DNA of 64,000 bases from Octopus sinensis (GCF_006345805.1 NC_043014.1:5952001-6016000), one strand, 5' to 3'. Positions 12,485-26,200 are shown, counted from the stretch's first letter. Notes: generated by a model not told the origin, from the sequence alone. Program-made: numbers and translations.

Positions 12485-13400
12485 GCTACTACTACTATAA
12501 ATACTACTACTACTACAATTAATATTACTACAACTACTACTACTGCTGCTGTACTACTACTATTTCTACTACTACTACTACTACTACTGCTACTACTAAT
12601 ACTACTACCACTACTACTACTGCTGCTACAACTACAACCACTACTACTAGTATTACCAATTCATGCTTTCTAGCTTCTTTTACAGTGTCAGTCTGAATAT
12701 TAAAGTCCCACAATATTTTATATCTCTTACATTCTGGTACTTTACTAGGTTCATGTCCATATCAGTTATCAGTACGTTCAAATCCTAACTTTCTACATCG
12801 CTCCCAATGGATTACGCCCCTAGATAGACATGTCTTTTCTTCTATTCTTTCTCTGACAGCATGCTAATTTCACTTACTATATGTGTAACGCTTTTCTCCG
12901 TTGATTTCCCTAAACTACATTGGGAATCCATTTTGTTTCTGTCTATCTTGGCTTTTATCAAATTAGTCCTTAATGATTGATCTTATGCTGCTACTGACAA
13001 ACATTGTCTCCCGCACCAGCTTTCGTTTCTGCAAACATCACCATGTCTCACTACTACAATTTGCTCCAACTATCTTTGTGAATCTACCATGCAATGCCTT
13101 CTACCAATTAGATAATTTCTGTCAATTTTACTCGTTTTTTAGTTCGATCGGGGGTTTGGTGTCCTTATGTTTTGTGACACTAGCAGCTTTTAATAAACTT
13201 TCTTCACTCTTACCTACATAGGAGTCTATATCTAATCTAGCTAACTCCACAAAGTCTCCTACTGATAATAACCCTCTTCCGCCTTCCTTTCTATGTAAGT
13301 ACAATCTCGCTACTCCTGCCTTCGGGTGGAGTCATCCGTTCATATTGAATTCCTTCCTACATCTTCTCTCTCCCGTTGCTAATTCAGATTTTGTCTAATC
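12230..13400 (-). mobile_element. Old R4/Dong-like RLE LINE 3' remnant interrupted by a (CTA)n tract at ~12415-12660
   Basis: Minus strand reads LHPKAGVARLYLHRKEGGRGLLS, ALHGRF, DQSLRTN, KILWDFNIQTD and LQKTVL, with many stops. Confidence 0.75.
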
Positions 13401-13448
13401 TACAAAAGCTGCTGAGTAATGTGACTGCCCGAGCATTTACAGAGAGAT

Positions 13449-13511
<63 letters not shown>

Positions 13512-13528
13512 ATGTATATATATGTATC

Positions 13529-13560
<32 letters not shown>

Positions 13561-13640
13561 TGTATGTATGTATGTATATATGTAAATGTATGTATATATG
13601 TAAATGTATATATATATATATATATATATGCATCTATCTA

Positions 13641-13701
<61 letters not shown>

Positions 13702-13740
13702 CTATATCTTGGTAAGCTTTGCAAATTTTACATTTCTGTA

Positions 13741-13798
<58 letters not shown>

Positions 13799-14088
13799 TT
13801 AATAATAATAATATTTTACAAGCTTAAATCCGTGTATTTACAGCGAATCACTCGACGGAAAATGGGTCGGGTTTACTGTACGCATAGGACGCGAACCTAT
13901 ATGAGGTGTGGAAAGGATATGTAAATATTGGCTAAAAATTGTTAATCAGACGAACAGTACTATGTCACGAATACATAGATGCGTGGGTTCCATGCCTACG
14001 GCGAATCCTACGGTTTTCCTTCGAGGGGTCATATGCCTCACTATTAGACTATTTACTTTAGTCTTAAAATATGGATATTTACGATATA

Positions 14089-14122
<34 letters not shown>

Positions 14123-14127
14123 CATAC

Positions 14128-14183
<56 letters not shown>

Positions 14184-15040
14184 TTTGGTGTAATAATATT
14201 TTCCTTATGTAAATATCGTTGTTTTTGTAATGATTTAATTATCGTAATTTTCTATATTATTAGATATTAAATTTAAGTTTATTCGTAAGATATTACTTAG
14301 CGATAGATTTGTTGTTTGATAGCAAGTATACGAGTTGTCTAAAGTTAGGCTTTTGTGTACACATGTATTAATAGTATTAATTGTAGTTTTAAATTTCTTA
14401 TAATCAAAATTAGATAAACTTTGATAAACTTAGATATGTTTGACTAAAGATTTGTCCAGGCGATGTCTAACTTAATAGCATAACTTAGTTATTGTCTTTT
14501 TAAATTGATATTCGCTAGTTATTCCCATTGATAATTATATTTATAGTATTTATAGTATTTATTCGATACTATATAACTACGAATTGATTATTTCTATAAG
14601 TATTTTAGATAAGATTTCCGAAAGTTCGTTTTAGTTTGTTTGTATTTTTGAAATTAGCTATTTCATTTTTAAATATGAAAAGTTAATTTATTAGGTCGTT
14701 ATTATATGTGCATATATTTATTTATAGAGATTATTTTAGATCTTAATTATAATATTTATATACATTTATATATTTTCTTTGATAATTTATATATAATAGT
14801 CATTTTTTCTAAATATTTATGTAATTAGATATAGACTATTACCGATATTAGATTACTGGTGGGTTTCTTACCTTATAAATAAAAATTAATATTTAACATT
14901 AAAATCGATTTTGATATAATCATAATTGTTAAGTTTTAAGTTTCTAGTTTGATAATAGAGTTTATTATAAGTAAAATTATTATATTATTTATATCTTAAA
15001 AATATTGTTTTAATATTTCTGATTATTTTTAAAATATTTC

Positions 15041-15144
15041 AATTAACCTGAAGATTGACTGTAACCATAACTCGAATTATTAATTGAATTTAAATTATTG
15101 TTATTCAGATTGGTACAGCCATGAAACGATCGTAGTGTTTTAAT
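15041..15144 (+). ncRNA. Degenerate type I hammerhead motif
   Basis: CUGAAGA 15048-54. Long stem II ugacuguaacca/ugguacagcca. GAAAC-GAUC-GUA 15123-34. Stem I is weak and the first stem II pair is U-U. Confidence 0.5.
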
Positions 15145-15269
15145 CTTTATCTTTTATTAAACTTTTAATACTTTTGATATTTAAAAAATAAATTAATTAA
15201 TTAATTAATAAAATAATATATAAGTATAAAAATATACATACATACATATATATATATTTGTATATATAT

Positions 15270-15589
15270 ATATAACATTTATAAGTTGAAATTATATAAA
15301 TAATTTTTTATTTTTAACTTTTATATTTTTAATTCATTTTATGTATTGGCTTATGTTTTTCACTATTTGATTTGCCTAATAGTGGTTTTATCTCTAATTT
15401 AATATAATATAATATATATATATATATAATATATATATATATATATACATTTATAAGTTGAAATTATATAAATAATTTTTTATTTTTAACTTTTATATTT
15501 TTAATTCATTTTATGTATTGGCTTATGTTTTTCACTATTTGATTTGCCTAATAGTGGTTTTATCTCTAATTTAATATAATATAATATAT

Positions 15590-15600
<11 letters not shown>
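15270..15600. repeat. Two tandem copies of a ~150-bp AT-rich dispersed repeat
   Basis: acattttataagttgaa...gatttgcctaatagtggttttatctctaatttaatataat occurs twice, separated by (AT)n. A reverse-complement copy lies at ~44570-44660. Confidence 0.85.
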
Positions 15601-15621
<21 letters not shown>

Positions 15622-15639
15622 CATATGGCAGGAAGTATG

Positions 15640-16130
15640 TAAGAAGGCATATAGGCGTAGAACATTCATCCAACTTACAATAAAGCACGGTGGTGGTAGT
15701 GAGATGATGTGGGGCTCTAATGTCTGAAAACGGTGTCGGTCTTATAATCCGAATCAAGGGCATTATGGATACTAAGTCCTATCTAGAAATATGGGATAAT
15801 GCTGTGCTTTCATACGCCCGAAATGCATTTAGGCCGATCTTGGTCTTCCCAGCATGACAACGACTCGAAACACAACTCACACTTAGTCAGAGATTACATC
15901 AGATCTAAGGGAGTTCGGTTGATGCAGTGGGCGGCGTAGTAGCACGACCTAAATCCCATCGAAAATCTTTGGGATATGTTGGATAGAAAATAAGGATGAT
16001 TTTTTTTAATTTTACATTATTGGCGAAAATTGGGGGGAAAATCTCAGGAACAGTGATAAATGATCTGAACAATTCTGTTTCACAGATGCAAAGTTGCATT
16101 AAGTAATTTTGTGTGAGCTTATTGTTTATT
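15640..16130 (+). mobile_element. Tc1-family DD34E transposase remnant
   Basis: TIKHGGGS.MMWG, GIMD, QHDNDSKH and DLNPIENLWDML, with frameshifts and stops. Confidence 0.85.
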
Positions 16131-16650
16131 CTTTTTCTTTTGTTGATCTCGAAATAAACTTTTAAAAGCAACAAAATACAATTTTAAAAACCGTTCCTCA
16201 ATAAAATGGCGCTATAAATTACGATAATTAAGATTTATTTTTAATTTAATATTAAGATATTTATGTTGCACTGTAAAATAGTATACCATATTAAAACACG
16301 TGAATTTTCATTTATTTTCATTTATACATCTTAATTCATAATTTAAAACTTGAATATATATAAAGATGCTATTTTAGCATTAGCATTTAAGCGTTCATAT
16401 ATTAAATGGCATCACTGCATATGCATGACTGATGTACGTAAAACCTTACATACAAATCTGAAGCATATTCATACATAAATACATACAGAGAGATATTTAA
16501 TGCATTATCACTAGCTTAAAATATTTTTGTTTTATAAATCATAGCAACACATACAGGTACAGTGTCACACATTTGGAACTCAATTTCCAAGTTCACCTTC
16601 CGTATGGTCTGCATATGTATGACAGAATTCATACATATGAATTCATACAC

Positions 16651-16757
<107 letters not shown>

Positions 16758-17229
16758 ATATATATATATATATATGTAGCAATCTCAATTTCGTCCGTGA
16801 ACTGAGGTTAATTTGAAAAAAGCTACTAAATAAATCCTACAGCCATATCAGATTTCAACAAAGCCCCATCACTTTCCTTTTCTAATGGCGGGTTGCATAT
16901 GCAGCTGCGCATGCTCTGTACAGCTTTAACACATGACGGTCGTTTTAACTGTCTAATTATGCTCCATCACTAACAACTGAATCAAAAGAAAAATTTGATG
17001 ATTTACCAGCGTCCGTATTCTGTGCAATTGTTTACAATTTACTGTCAGGAAAATATTCATAATCCAGAGAAGCGAATCCGGATTTGCCCATCAGAATAAT
17101 TACTTTGGGATTGTAAACACGAAGCAATCTTTAATATTTATTGGAACGTGATGTTGTTAGCCTTCGTGTATCTAACAAATATTCTACACACTCCAACATA
17201 CAATCATGAATCCTATTGGATATAACGTG

Positions 17230-17640
17230 ACGGTCACAACATCTCAGCCTTCTTACACACAGCATCCGTGCTTGCCCTGACTATATTTGCTCTCTTTACT
17301 CTCACTTTTATGGGTGTTGTATTCGTTTTGCATGAAATGTATTCAGCTTCTAGGATCCATCCTTTCTTCGAGTCTGGAATGTTTACGTAGATGAGTGAAA
17401 GAAATCGTCGTATTTGATGTTCTCTGCTGCTGAAATGAAGCAATTTTTCTGGTTGATTTCCTTTCTTATTCTTGTATATCAGCGTTAAGTGTATGATGTG
17501 AGTGTTCTGTGTATCGACTTCCATTTTGTCATATTCTGTGGAGAGGTGGGAAGGTTGTGATTTAGATTTAGGATTGGCAGGACCAATACTTCTTTCGACT
17601 GTCTTTTGAAGGATTGATCGTGTAAATTCCACAGTCTCAG
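17230..17640 (-). mobile_element. Possible Penelope-like (GIY-YIG) remnant
   Basis: Only a weak W-I-L-[frameshift]-K-L-N-T motif resembling the GIY-YIG C-terminus. Confidence 0.25.
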
Positions 17641-18281
17641 AAATGTTAGAATAAAGCTTTTGTGATATTTCTAAAGTGGACGATAAATAGGTTTTATAAG
17701 ATATGGGGTAGGAATGGAACGGAAAGCTTTCCTGATTAATAACGGCAAATAGAATGGATTATGTGGAAGTATCTGGTTGTTGTTGAAAGAATCAGTTAAG
17801 TTCTGTGCTAAGTAATGTAGCGGTTCATGGCTCCTTGTCAGAATCCGAGTTGTAATTTGAAAACCAAGATGTCTGAGATAGTAGTGTCGAGTATTAGATT
17901 TTCTAAGGCTGTGCATGAAAAGCTGATATAATTCTATGGTGGTACTTTATTTGGGGTTTGTTGAATCATGAGACAGAAGACAAAATACTGTTAAACAAAA
18001 TAACATTTTATTTCGACGATAAGTTTGATAAACTGAAATCTTACAAAATGTTTTCTAGAATCATTTCGACAGATTTAGATTTTTCTTGTTTTTGAGGATA
18101 TTTCTGGCATTCTACATCGCCTCCTTTGATTGGTTTTCAATATCTTCTGAAGACTAGTATACCAGTTTATTTTAACGATATACATACTTTAAGGAAAATA
18201 TTAGGTAACACAATTAAAATTTTATGTTATTTATTGTAATTCACAGACATATTTTCATATGGAACCGAATTTAATTTCTAT

Positions 18282-18781
18282 TCAATATTTACTGCACACA
18301 ACGCAGGTTAATTCTCGACCATTGACATACGGTGGACATGGCAATGAACCACAAACAGCCTCAACGAAATATAATAGAGCTCCATTTTCGTTTCTGTAAC
18401 CTGCTGGATCAGCTTCTGGTGCGTAGTCCACACACACATATTCTTGTCTGCCCTTATGTAAGTAATAATTGGCCATCAAATATCCCGAATACTCAGCTCT
18501 CCAACCAGCGTAACACTTTGTCCTGGCTGGTAACATCATAACAACAGCAGGTTGTCGTGTCAAACAGACAGCGCACGGAACGTTGTGATCTTCAAGCGAT
18601 TTAGCTTTAGCAAAAGAAAAGATTTTATTAGTCAGGTATATACCTATTTGATATTCACTGCCATAAATGTAACCACCTTTTTCATCTCCTGTTGTATAAT
18701 TGGCCCAAATGGGATCATTTGGTAGACATAAGAGATTACTTCCGCCACCAGTATGGGAATAAAGTTGTCCACCAACCACAC
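18282..18781 (-). CDS. Last exon of short-chain collagen C4-like gene, copy 2
   Basis: Acceptor ttaccaattctAG, phase 1. Open to the stop. Cys-rich domain GGGSNLLCLPNDP...YIYGSEY...DHNVPCAVC...MLPARTKCYAGW..EYSGYLM...YVCVD...GALLYFVEAVCGSLPCPPY..GRELTCVVCSK. Confidence 0.9.
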
Positions 18782-20384
18782 CTAGAATTGGTAAGAATAA
18801 ATCAAGTAAAAAAGATATTAAGCAAAATTATAAATGAAATAACGGAAACATTCATTACAGTTTGACCCATAAAAGAAGTCACGTTTAGTCGCGTGTGAAC
18901 GAATTGTGGTGTATATATGTTAGTGTCTATGTTAATGTAAGCTGTGTGCGTATGAGTTCACAGCTGTGCGTTTGCGTTCTCTTCATGTGTGTATGTGTGT
19001 GTGTGTGTGTGCACGATTAGGTAATCGTGGTTGTGATGTGTATTATTATGTATGTTTGAATGGGGTAGATGTCTGTGTCTGGATGTCAATAAACGGAGAA
19101 AGGAAAGGGATTTTGTAGCGCATGTGGTCGTGATTTCCCGAAATGGAAAAGATGTCGCTCACGTTTGAACGGGAAAATTGTTGGTGATGGGAATTGCATG
19201 TGGTTTGAGTAGAACAATACGAGAGACGGCAAGATGCAGAGAACTGGTGGGTAAGAGGGGATGAAATACTGTTTAGTCGACCATACGGGTGTGGCTAGCT
19301 ATAACTATCGGTTTGTCTCGGACGAGTCAGGCCTACCACGAGACGGGCCTAACACATACTATAATATTATGATCACAGATTTTATTTCATGCAAAGCATG
19401 AACTGAGGTGGGGTGAGAATTGTGAAGCTCATTGATGGCGTAGTGTTTAAGAAGAATGGACAGTGATGTCGGCGACCGATAAAGGATATGTGTAGGGTTT
19501 ATAGAGAGCAGATTCACAAAGGATGTGAGGTTGATTGGAGATGTGGGAAGCAGTAGCTTTGGATTGGATGTGCCGGCGTTACCTTACAAAGATACACTGG
19601 ACAATTAATGAGGCGAGGTGGTGCATGAAAAGAGAAATGTTTGAGGGATAGGACGATTTCGGTAAGGCGGAGAAGAATAGAAGTGCAATATGTACTCACT
19701 TGGGTTCTCTCAGTGATAATTAGTCCCTCCATATTATTCTTAATGAATACAGCCCTTAGTTAGCTTTGTCCATTAGTTACAGTGTGTGGTTTTTCCAGTC
19801 CACATTGTACATTCTCCGTTCATCTCATTAACCATTTACAGTCATTATCATCAATTCTAATTAGACCTTGTTCAATTTAGTCTATAACAACAATCATTAG
19901 GCACTCTAGTTAATGTTAGTCAAGCTGGTCACACTCGTCCAAAACCACCATCCGTAGCCAGTACAATTTATAACCAATTAGCAGGCTTGGTATTTGATAT
20001 CTACACTCCATACCAGTCAGCCAGGAGTTATTGGTCACAATACTGTACTCCAGTCTAGTCCCTATCTATAAGTTCAAGTACAGATATCTATATTCTGCAG
20101 TTAGACAACATCCTTTTCTCTTGGTCAACTCTAGACAACATTTAAAATTCTGATTTGACAAAATACCTACAAAGGAGTAAGCAGTCTTGTGCAGTCTCTA
20201 TAGGGTCTATAGGTATCGTTTCAAACGTGATATATCACATGATTTGCTTGAGTGTGCGTGCGTGCGTGTGCGTGTGAGAAACGGAAAGAGAGGGGGCGAC
20301 AGAAAGAGAAAATGAGAGGAATAAAAAGAGAAGAAGAGAAAGATAAAGAGGGAAAGAGTGAACAGAAGTATAGTTTATACTAAC

Positions 20385-20459
20385 CGTCATATACAAGGTT
20401 TGAATAAGGAGGACAAGTAGTTCTGCCCCATCGGGTATACAATGATCCGGGACCGGGTT
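20385..20459 (-). CDS. 75-nt exon of gene copy 2
   Basis: Acceptor tttcacAG, donor G|GTTAGT. Encodes (K)PGPGSLYTRWGRTTCPPYSNLVYDG and joins the last exon in frame. Confidence 0.88.
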
Positions 20460-20889
20460 CTGTGAAATTAAAATGAAACAATTTAGTTTAAAAGAAAGAA
20501 TTCTTGAATCCTATACAAAGGAAGTTGTTGGCTTGGAAGGAATTGATAGAGAGGAGCGAAATTTAGAATATAAGAGAGAAAGAATTAGTGAATGAATGAA
20601 AATCAGAATGAAATAAGTAAATGATTCGCTAAGAATACATTTTAAACGAAGAAAATTAGTCATTTGTCTATTGAGCCTGTTGTTGACGTTGATGTCAACG
20701 AATTGAGAGATTAATCTCAGAATATCAGAATGTGTATTTGGCTCCCTTAAGAACGGATGATTGTTTTGTAGCTGAACTTGGATGTGAGTATATATATATA
20801 TTTGTGTACATAATGATGATAAAGTTCTTTTATAGATATGTAGGCCATAATATCAATTCTTGGCACCTGATTGGTCAATTACAAATATC

Positions 20890-22815
20890 AGCTTAGTGTT
20901 TGGCGCGAATAAGGCCATCGTAGCTACAATATGCAAAGGGCTCGAAGGAATAGTCATACCGCGTCATCCATCGAGAGGGATAACAGCATTTGCGTCCGGT
21001 TCTTGAGTGGAGGAGTCCATTCGGGAAATATATTTCAGTCACCACCCAAATTAATCTGGGATGCATTGGAAGGGAATACAAAATATGCGTGTTGAGGAAC
21101 CCCGAAGCAGATCCAGAAGGGATCAACCGTTCATAATTGAGAATTAGACTGTCAAAACCGGACGATACAAAACGCTATGTCGGTGTCTCCTCGAGATGGC
21201 TTCATTACTTCGGAGGCGTACACTTGGAAGTAGGTTGGAAACTCCACCGTGCAGGTGTGCCACCAACTATGTCTGCACAGTCGGAAGTGGGATGCTCACA
21301 ATATCTGGCTTTCGGATTTGATTATGGAGTGAATCCCACTAGGTATTAAGGGATACCTCCTGAAGATCAAGCAGAATGAAGGAGTGGTGTAGCTGCTGGA
21401 AGTAAATGCACCCAATAGCGAGGTCAAATACAAATTCTTCCTTAACAAAGTCACTGCAGCTTTGGATATATTTGGGGTAAAGTCATTTGTCTTACAAGGA
21501 GACTTCCGTGCACACTTTGGCGCTGATAACCGCAAGATGTATTGATTGGGTGGAATGGCGTCACACACCTTAATGTGGTGGCCATACTAGTCTTCTGGAC
21601 TCTCTATGATATAGATATCGTTTAAGACGGTTGTTTATAAGGGTACTTGGAATAGAAATGCTTCGTGACAGAAATTCTTGATAGATGTTGTTGTCGTCTC
21701 AGTCATCTTTGAGTCTGTGCTGGACGTTCGGGTAAATGGAGTGGGGAGAGTTGTCAACTGACCACTACCAAGATGTCTGAAACCGGAAGATGCCTACAGT
21801 TGGGAGAACCTAGTAAATTGGTAAGTCCAGTGCGACCTACAGAATAAAGTTGAAAGCAGTAGTGGATGATGGAATAAGAAACAAAATTGTGGATAATATT
21901 GCATCCAAATTGAGAGAGACCCACATGAATAAACTTGGGCATCGAAATCGATTAGTGATTGTATCATTTTTGTCGAACTAAAGTCACTGAAAAGTGATAA
22001 AGCTGCTGGAGTGAAATACGTTCGTCTTGATAATTTAAAACCCTTAAATACTCAGGGTATTCTCTGAGTGACCCATGTATGCTAGGTGGAATGGGGCATC
22101 AGGGAAAACACGAGGGCAATGTCAATCCGGGGTAATAATCACGGATTTTTTAAAGACAAAGTCTACACTACATGTCTAGAAAAGTTACGTTGGGAAATTG
22201 TCGCGTCCAAGACTACTGTCCTGGATGCAGTACACCCGACCAGATATTAGTTCAAAGCTGATCTTCGAGAAAACGTTGAAATATATCCAAGGGGATTACG
22301 CTGTAGACCACGTGCTGTGGGGCATGTAGCGGATGGTTTACCAAGGTGAGATTATTGGGCAAATACTTTTTACCGTAAAATACTCGTACGGATGTCCATA
22401 TGTTTAAATTTCTGCAAAAGCCGAATGTTTTCAACGTGGAGTTTGGACTTCAATAGCAGAGCGTATTGTTAGTGCTTCTTCTCACATTTCTTATGATCTG
22501 GTTGAGAAGTATCCCATTTCGTCTGTATGGGGTCGGTCGACTGCTATTTGCAGACGACATGCTGCTATCTGACTCATGTTATGTTCACTTTCGACACGCA
22601 TTGGATGGGTTGGCTGCCGAGTGCTCCAAGGCAGAGATGACTAACACACACTCTGCAGGAAAGTGGAACATCGTTACTTCGGGAATCTATTCACGAGTGA
22701 TTGGAAGCACAAGACTGAACAGATTGCTAACTTCTAGATATAAACGCATTGATGCGCTAGGTCGGGCATTCGATTCTCAGACGAACAATGGTTGGTGCAC
22801 TTATCGACGTAGCGC
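20890..22815 (+). mobile_element. Degraded RTE LINE, paralogous to 610-2695
   Basis: Same APE (SFVLQGDFRAHFGAD) and RT (RLLFADDMLL...RHALDGLAAEC) remnants at the same intronic position. Confidence 0.8.
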
Positions 22816-23138
22816 TGCACACACACACACACACACTCATATAAACACGATTTCATAGTATAAAAGAGTAACATTTTACTAAGGAAATTATTATAAAGTA
22901 GAATATATTTTAAAATAAATTTAGGCGTCTCAGTATATATTATAGGGGAAATATGTATTAGTGATGTAGAACCAATTCAATGTTGGTGAAATTAGAAATC
23001 ACTAGTTAAGGAAACAAGGGTAAATTAATTTAGCTAAACACTGTAGAACTGAAAGCTGAATTCTTTATAATATTTAATCTCATTCCTGAACATTTCTTCA
23101 ATGTTTTTGTCTTATACAATATAAAAATTAGTTCTTAT

Positions 23139-23184
23139 TTGGTGCAGGTTTATCGTCGAGAGATTTCTTGGAGATGAAACGGTT
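23139..23184 (-). pseudogene. Exon 2b of gene copy 2 with inactivated donor
   Basis: Acceptor ttctttcacAG, encodes NRFISKKSLDDKPAP. The donor reads ATAAGA where copy 1 has GTAAGA. Confidence 0.65.
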
Positions 23185-23221
23185 CTGTGAAAGAATAGGA
23201 ACAGCATCACATAAATAGAAC

Positions 23222-23273
23222 TTGGGGTTTCATCAGTTTTATCGTCGAGAGATTTCTTGGAGATGAAACGGTT
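23222..23273 (-). CDS. Exon 2a of gene copy 2 (duplicated exon, weak donor)
   Basis: Acceptor tttttccacAG, encodes NRFISKKSLDDKTDETP, phase-1 donor GTTCTA. Confidence 0.55.
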
Positions 23274-24084
23274 CTGTGGAAAAATAGAGAGTATTTATTA
23301 TCGTTTAGAATTGAAAAAAAATGCAATATATGACAACATTTTCGGACATCATTTTATGAAGATGTGGTTGACGTCGACATTGTCCATTCCACCAAATCTA
23401 TTATATTGCGTTACATCTTGGAGGTTTGCTGGAACTGCATGCCTTTCTGTGAATCTGGTATTTCATTATTTCATGCTTGTATATGGCAAAGCATACACAT
23501 TACATAAACAGCTAATATCCCTGTTCATTGTCAAGAGTAGACTAATTTTGCTATCTAAAATCGCTGGTAGTTTGAAGATTACTAGAAACGTAGACTTGCG
23601 CATTCTGCTGACGCACAAGAATGCCCGACGCCAACCTTTCATGTACGGCGTCCTAATCCGCTGTAGGACTTTTCCACTGCGTCCTTAGGAGAAACTATCA
23701 AGGCAATATGATGCAATATTTAAAAGTAGTTTGAATTGATGCAAAAGCTCTATTGCCTTGATATTGTTTAGTATAGTTATCCATCATGATCACTGAAGAG
23801 TCGGGCATTTCTAGCACCGGTGAATAATATTCCGGATCGAATACCACAAAAGTTTCTAAGAAAAATTTTAGAGAACATACATAGAAGGTTATAAATTGAC
23901 TGCATACGAAAGAGATGAGGATTAGATATTTTGTACACGGGTGCTATATAAACTGGTTATTCACTCCTTAAATATAGTGTGTATATGTAGATGTATATAT
24001 GTAAGTGTATAAAAAGTTATATATGTATATATATATGTATATAAATATAAGTATATATATATTTATATATGTATATTTGATTTT

Positions 24085-24145
24085 GATTTTTTGATTTTTC
24101 CAGTTTCAGCTTATGAGCTGTGACCATGCTGGGGCACCGCCATTT
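24085..24145 (-). mobile_element. Solo 3' tail of the CR1-like LINE family
   Basis: gtttcagcttatgagctgtgaccatgctggggcaccgccattt is nearly identical to 54425-54466. Confidence 0.75.
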
Positions 24146-24564
24146 ATATATATATATATATATGCATCTATATATACATATTTATGCATATATATATGTA
24201 TATATAGATATATATATTCATATATATATATATATACACATATAGATACATAACTATATATATGCATATATATGTATTTACATATATGTATGTGTGTGTG
24301 TGTGTGTGTTTGTGTGTCTTTGTGCGATTGCGTGAACGATAGCTCGTATGTATGTGTATGTCGTATAGGAACATATGCAGATGTTTCACTACGCTCTGAC
24401 ACTGATATGTGTATGCATGCATACATAACTACACACACATGCGCAATTACATAGTCACCTCAAATAAGTACATGCATACGTGTCCATGTACATACAGATA
24501 CGACAGAGGCAATCACACATCTCGCACACACCGATGGATGAATTGACTCTCTTTTTATAAATCA

Positions 24565-24961
24565 CTAGCAGTGTCGCCCGGCGTTGCTCGGGTTTGTAAG
24601 GGAAATAACTATATAAGCATTTTTAGAGAGTTATAGCCAAAAAATAGCAAAAAATGCATTAAAAATGGAAAGAAAATTATGGTAAAATTTTTTTAAATCG
24701 TTGACTCATCGTAGACATTTTTAGAGAGTTACTTCCCTTATATAATAGCGAAAAAAATGAATTAAAATGGAAAAAAATGATGGTAAATTTTTTTTTAAAT
24801 CGTAGACTCATCGTAGACGCGCGCTAATACCCAGAAGGGCTCGATATGAATCACGACTATAAGATACCCGGTTTTGGTTAAACTGCACCGCAAAATGTGG
24901 GAGTAGTTAGGAATCTAAATCGTAGGAGACAGACACACAACTTCACTTTTAAAGATAAAGA
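24565..24961 (-). mobile_element. Non-autonomous Helitron
   Basis: Minus strand starts TC and ends with hairpin cccgagcaacgccggg then CTAG, inserted between A and T. Internal ~110-bp direct repeat. Confidence 0.8.
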
Positions 24962-25244
24962 TTTCAATGAGAAACGTCAATCTATATCTTACAACGTACA
25001 AAAGAAATCATTGCTGACATTAAAAATAACCACTTGTTCTACATAGAGTCAGTTCGCAATACATTCTCTTATGCCTTCCAGTAATACCAAACGCAGATCG
25101 CTTAAGAGGATATTATTATTAATTACTCTCTGCAAATCCTTACTTTCGTTTGATAATAATATTTGTTAGTCATTATGTGAAGTATTATAGAATTTTCCCA
25201 TTATTTAATCTAAAGAAATTGGATGCCTTTCGATCGAGATGTGT

Positions 25245-25246
25245 TT

Positions 25247-25304
<58 letters not shown>

Positions 25305-25407
25305 GTCTATTTATCTATCTATCTATCTGTCTGTCTATCTATCTGTCTGTCTATCTATCTGTCTGTCTATCTATTTGTCTGTCTATGTATCTATCTATCT
25401 ATTTATC

Positions 25408-25462
<55 letters not shown>

Positions 25463-25534
25463 CTGCCTGTCTATCTGTTTATCTATTTATCTGTCTATCA
25501 TTCTATCTATCTCTCTATCTGTCTATCTATCTAC

Positions 25535-25572
<38 letters not shown>

Positions 25573-25585
25573 GTCTGTCTATCCG
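25245..25585. repeat. (TATC/TGTC)n microsatellite in intron 1 of gene copy 2
   Basis: Direct reading; it is the counterpart of the tract at 59110-59466. Confidence 0.95.
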
Positions 25586-25729
25586 CAAAGATATCAATCC
25601 ATACACACACTCACACACGCATTTACACACACGCACACATAATACATACATACACACATATTTACACGCATACCTAAATAAATACATGCATACATACATG
25701 CATATATTAACACAAAATCTATGACTTAC

Positions 25730-25873
25730 CGTTTTCGATTTCCCTTCCATTTTTCCTATTCTTGAATCTTGATGAAGAATCACGATCGTCAGAACGAGAA
25801 GAACCCCAAAAGCTATGAGAGAAGAAATGGAATAACGCTGCGAAATATTCCTGGACAGTTGTGCGAAATCCAT
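25730..25873 (-). CDS. Exon 1 of gene copy 2
   Basis: MDFAQLSRNISQRYSISSLIAFGVLLVLTIVILHQDSRIGKMEGKSKT with donor GTAAGT. An in-frame upstream ATG exists at 25909. Confidence 0.82.
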
Positions 25874-25919
25874 TCTGGTGACAGTTGTCGGTCGTACTTG
25901 ATACTTCATGTGGCTTCAA

Positions 25920-26200
25920 CAAAAGATCGAGATGCGAGGTTTAAGCTGAAGACCTGTAACTGAATTCCACGTATTTATTGAGCGCACAACAACCCATTAG
26001 ATCTTATCGTAAACTTATGAACCAATGGGATCGGTGTAACTGTAAAAGTGCGTGTGAACTTATCTGACAGGTTTAATTATTGGAAAGAGATGGTTTGATA
26101 TTGTCACACAATAATTAGCAAAATATTTTGATGAATGAGAGACACGTGTAAAGTGAAATGATTCCTGTTTCTGGATATATTATGATATATTTATTTTCTA
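25920..26200 (-). promoter_or_regulatory. Putative promoter of gene copy 2
   Basis: GATA-type AGATAA/CGATAA sites, ATTGG (inverted CCAAT), AATAAATA and TCAGTT upstream of exon 1, conserved in copies 1 and 4. Confidence 0.45.

Noticed and set aside
23480-23880. Transposase-like fragment (SVIMMDNY, YNRFGGMD) on the minus strand
   Set aside because: Two short motifs in different frames, insufficient to assign to Tc1 or piggyBac.
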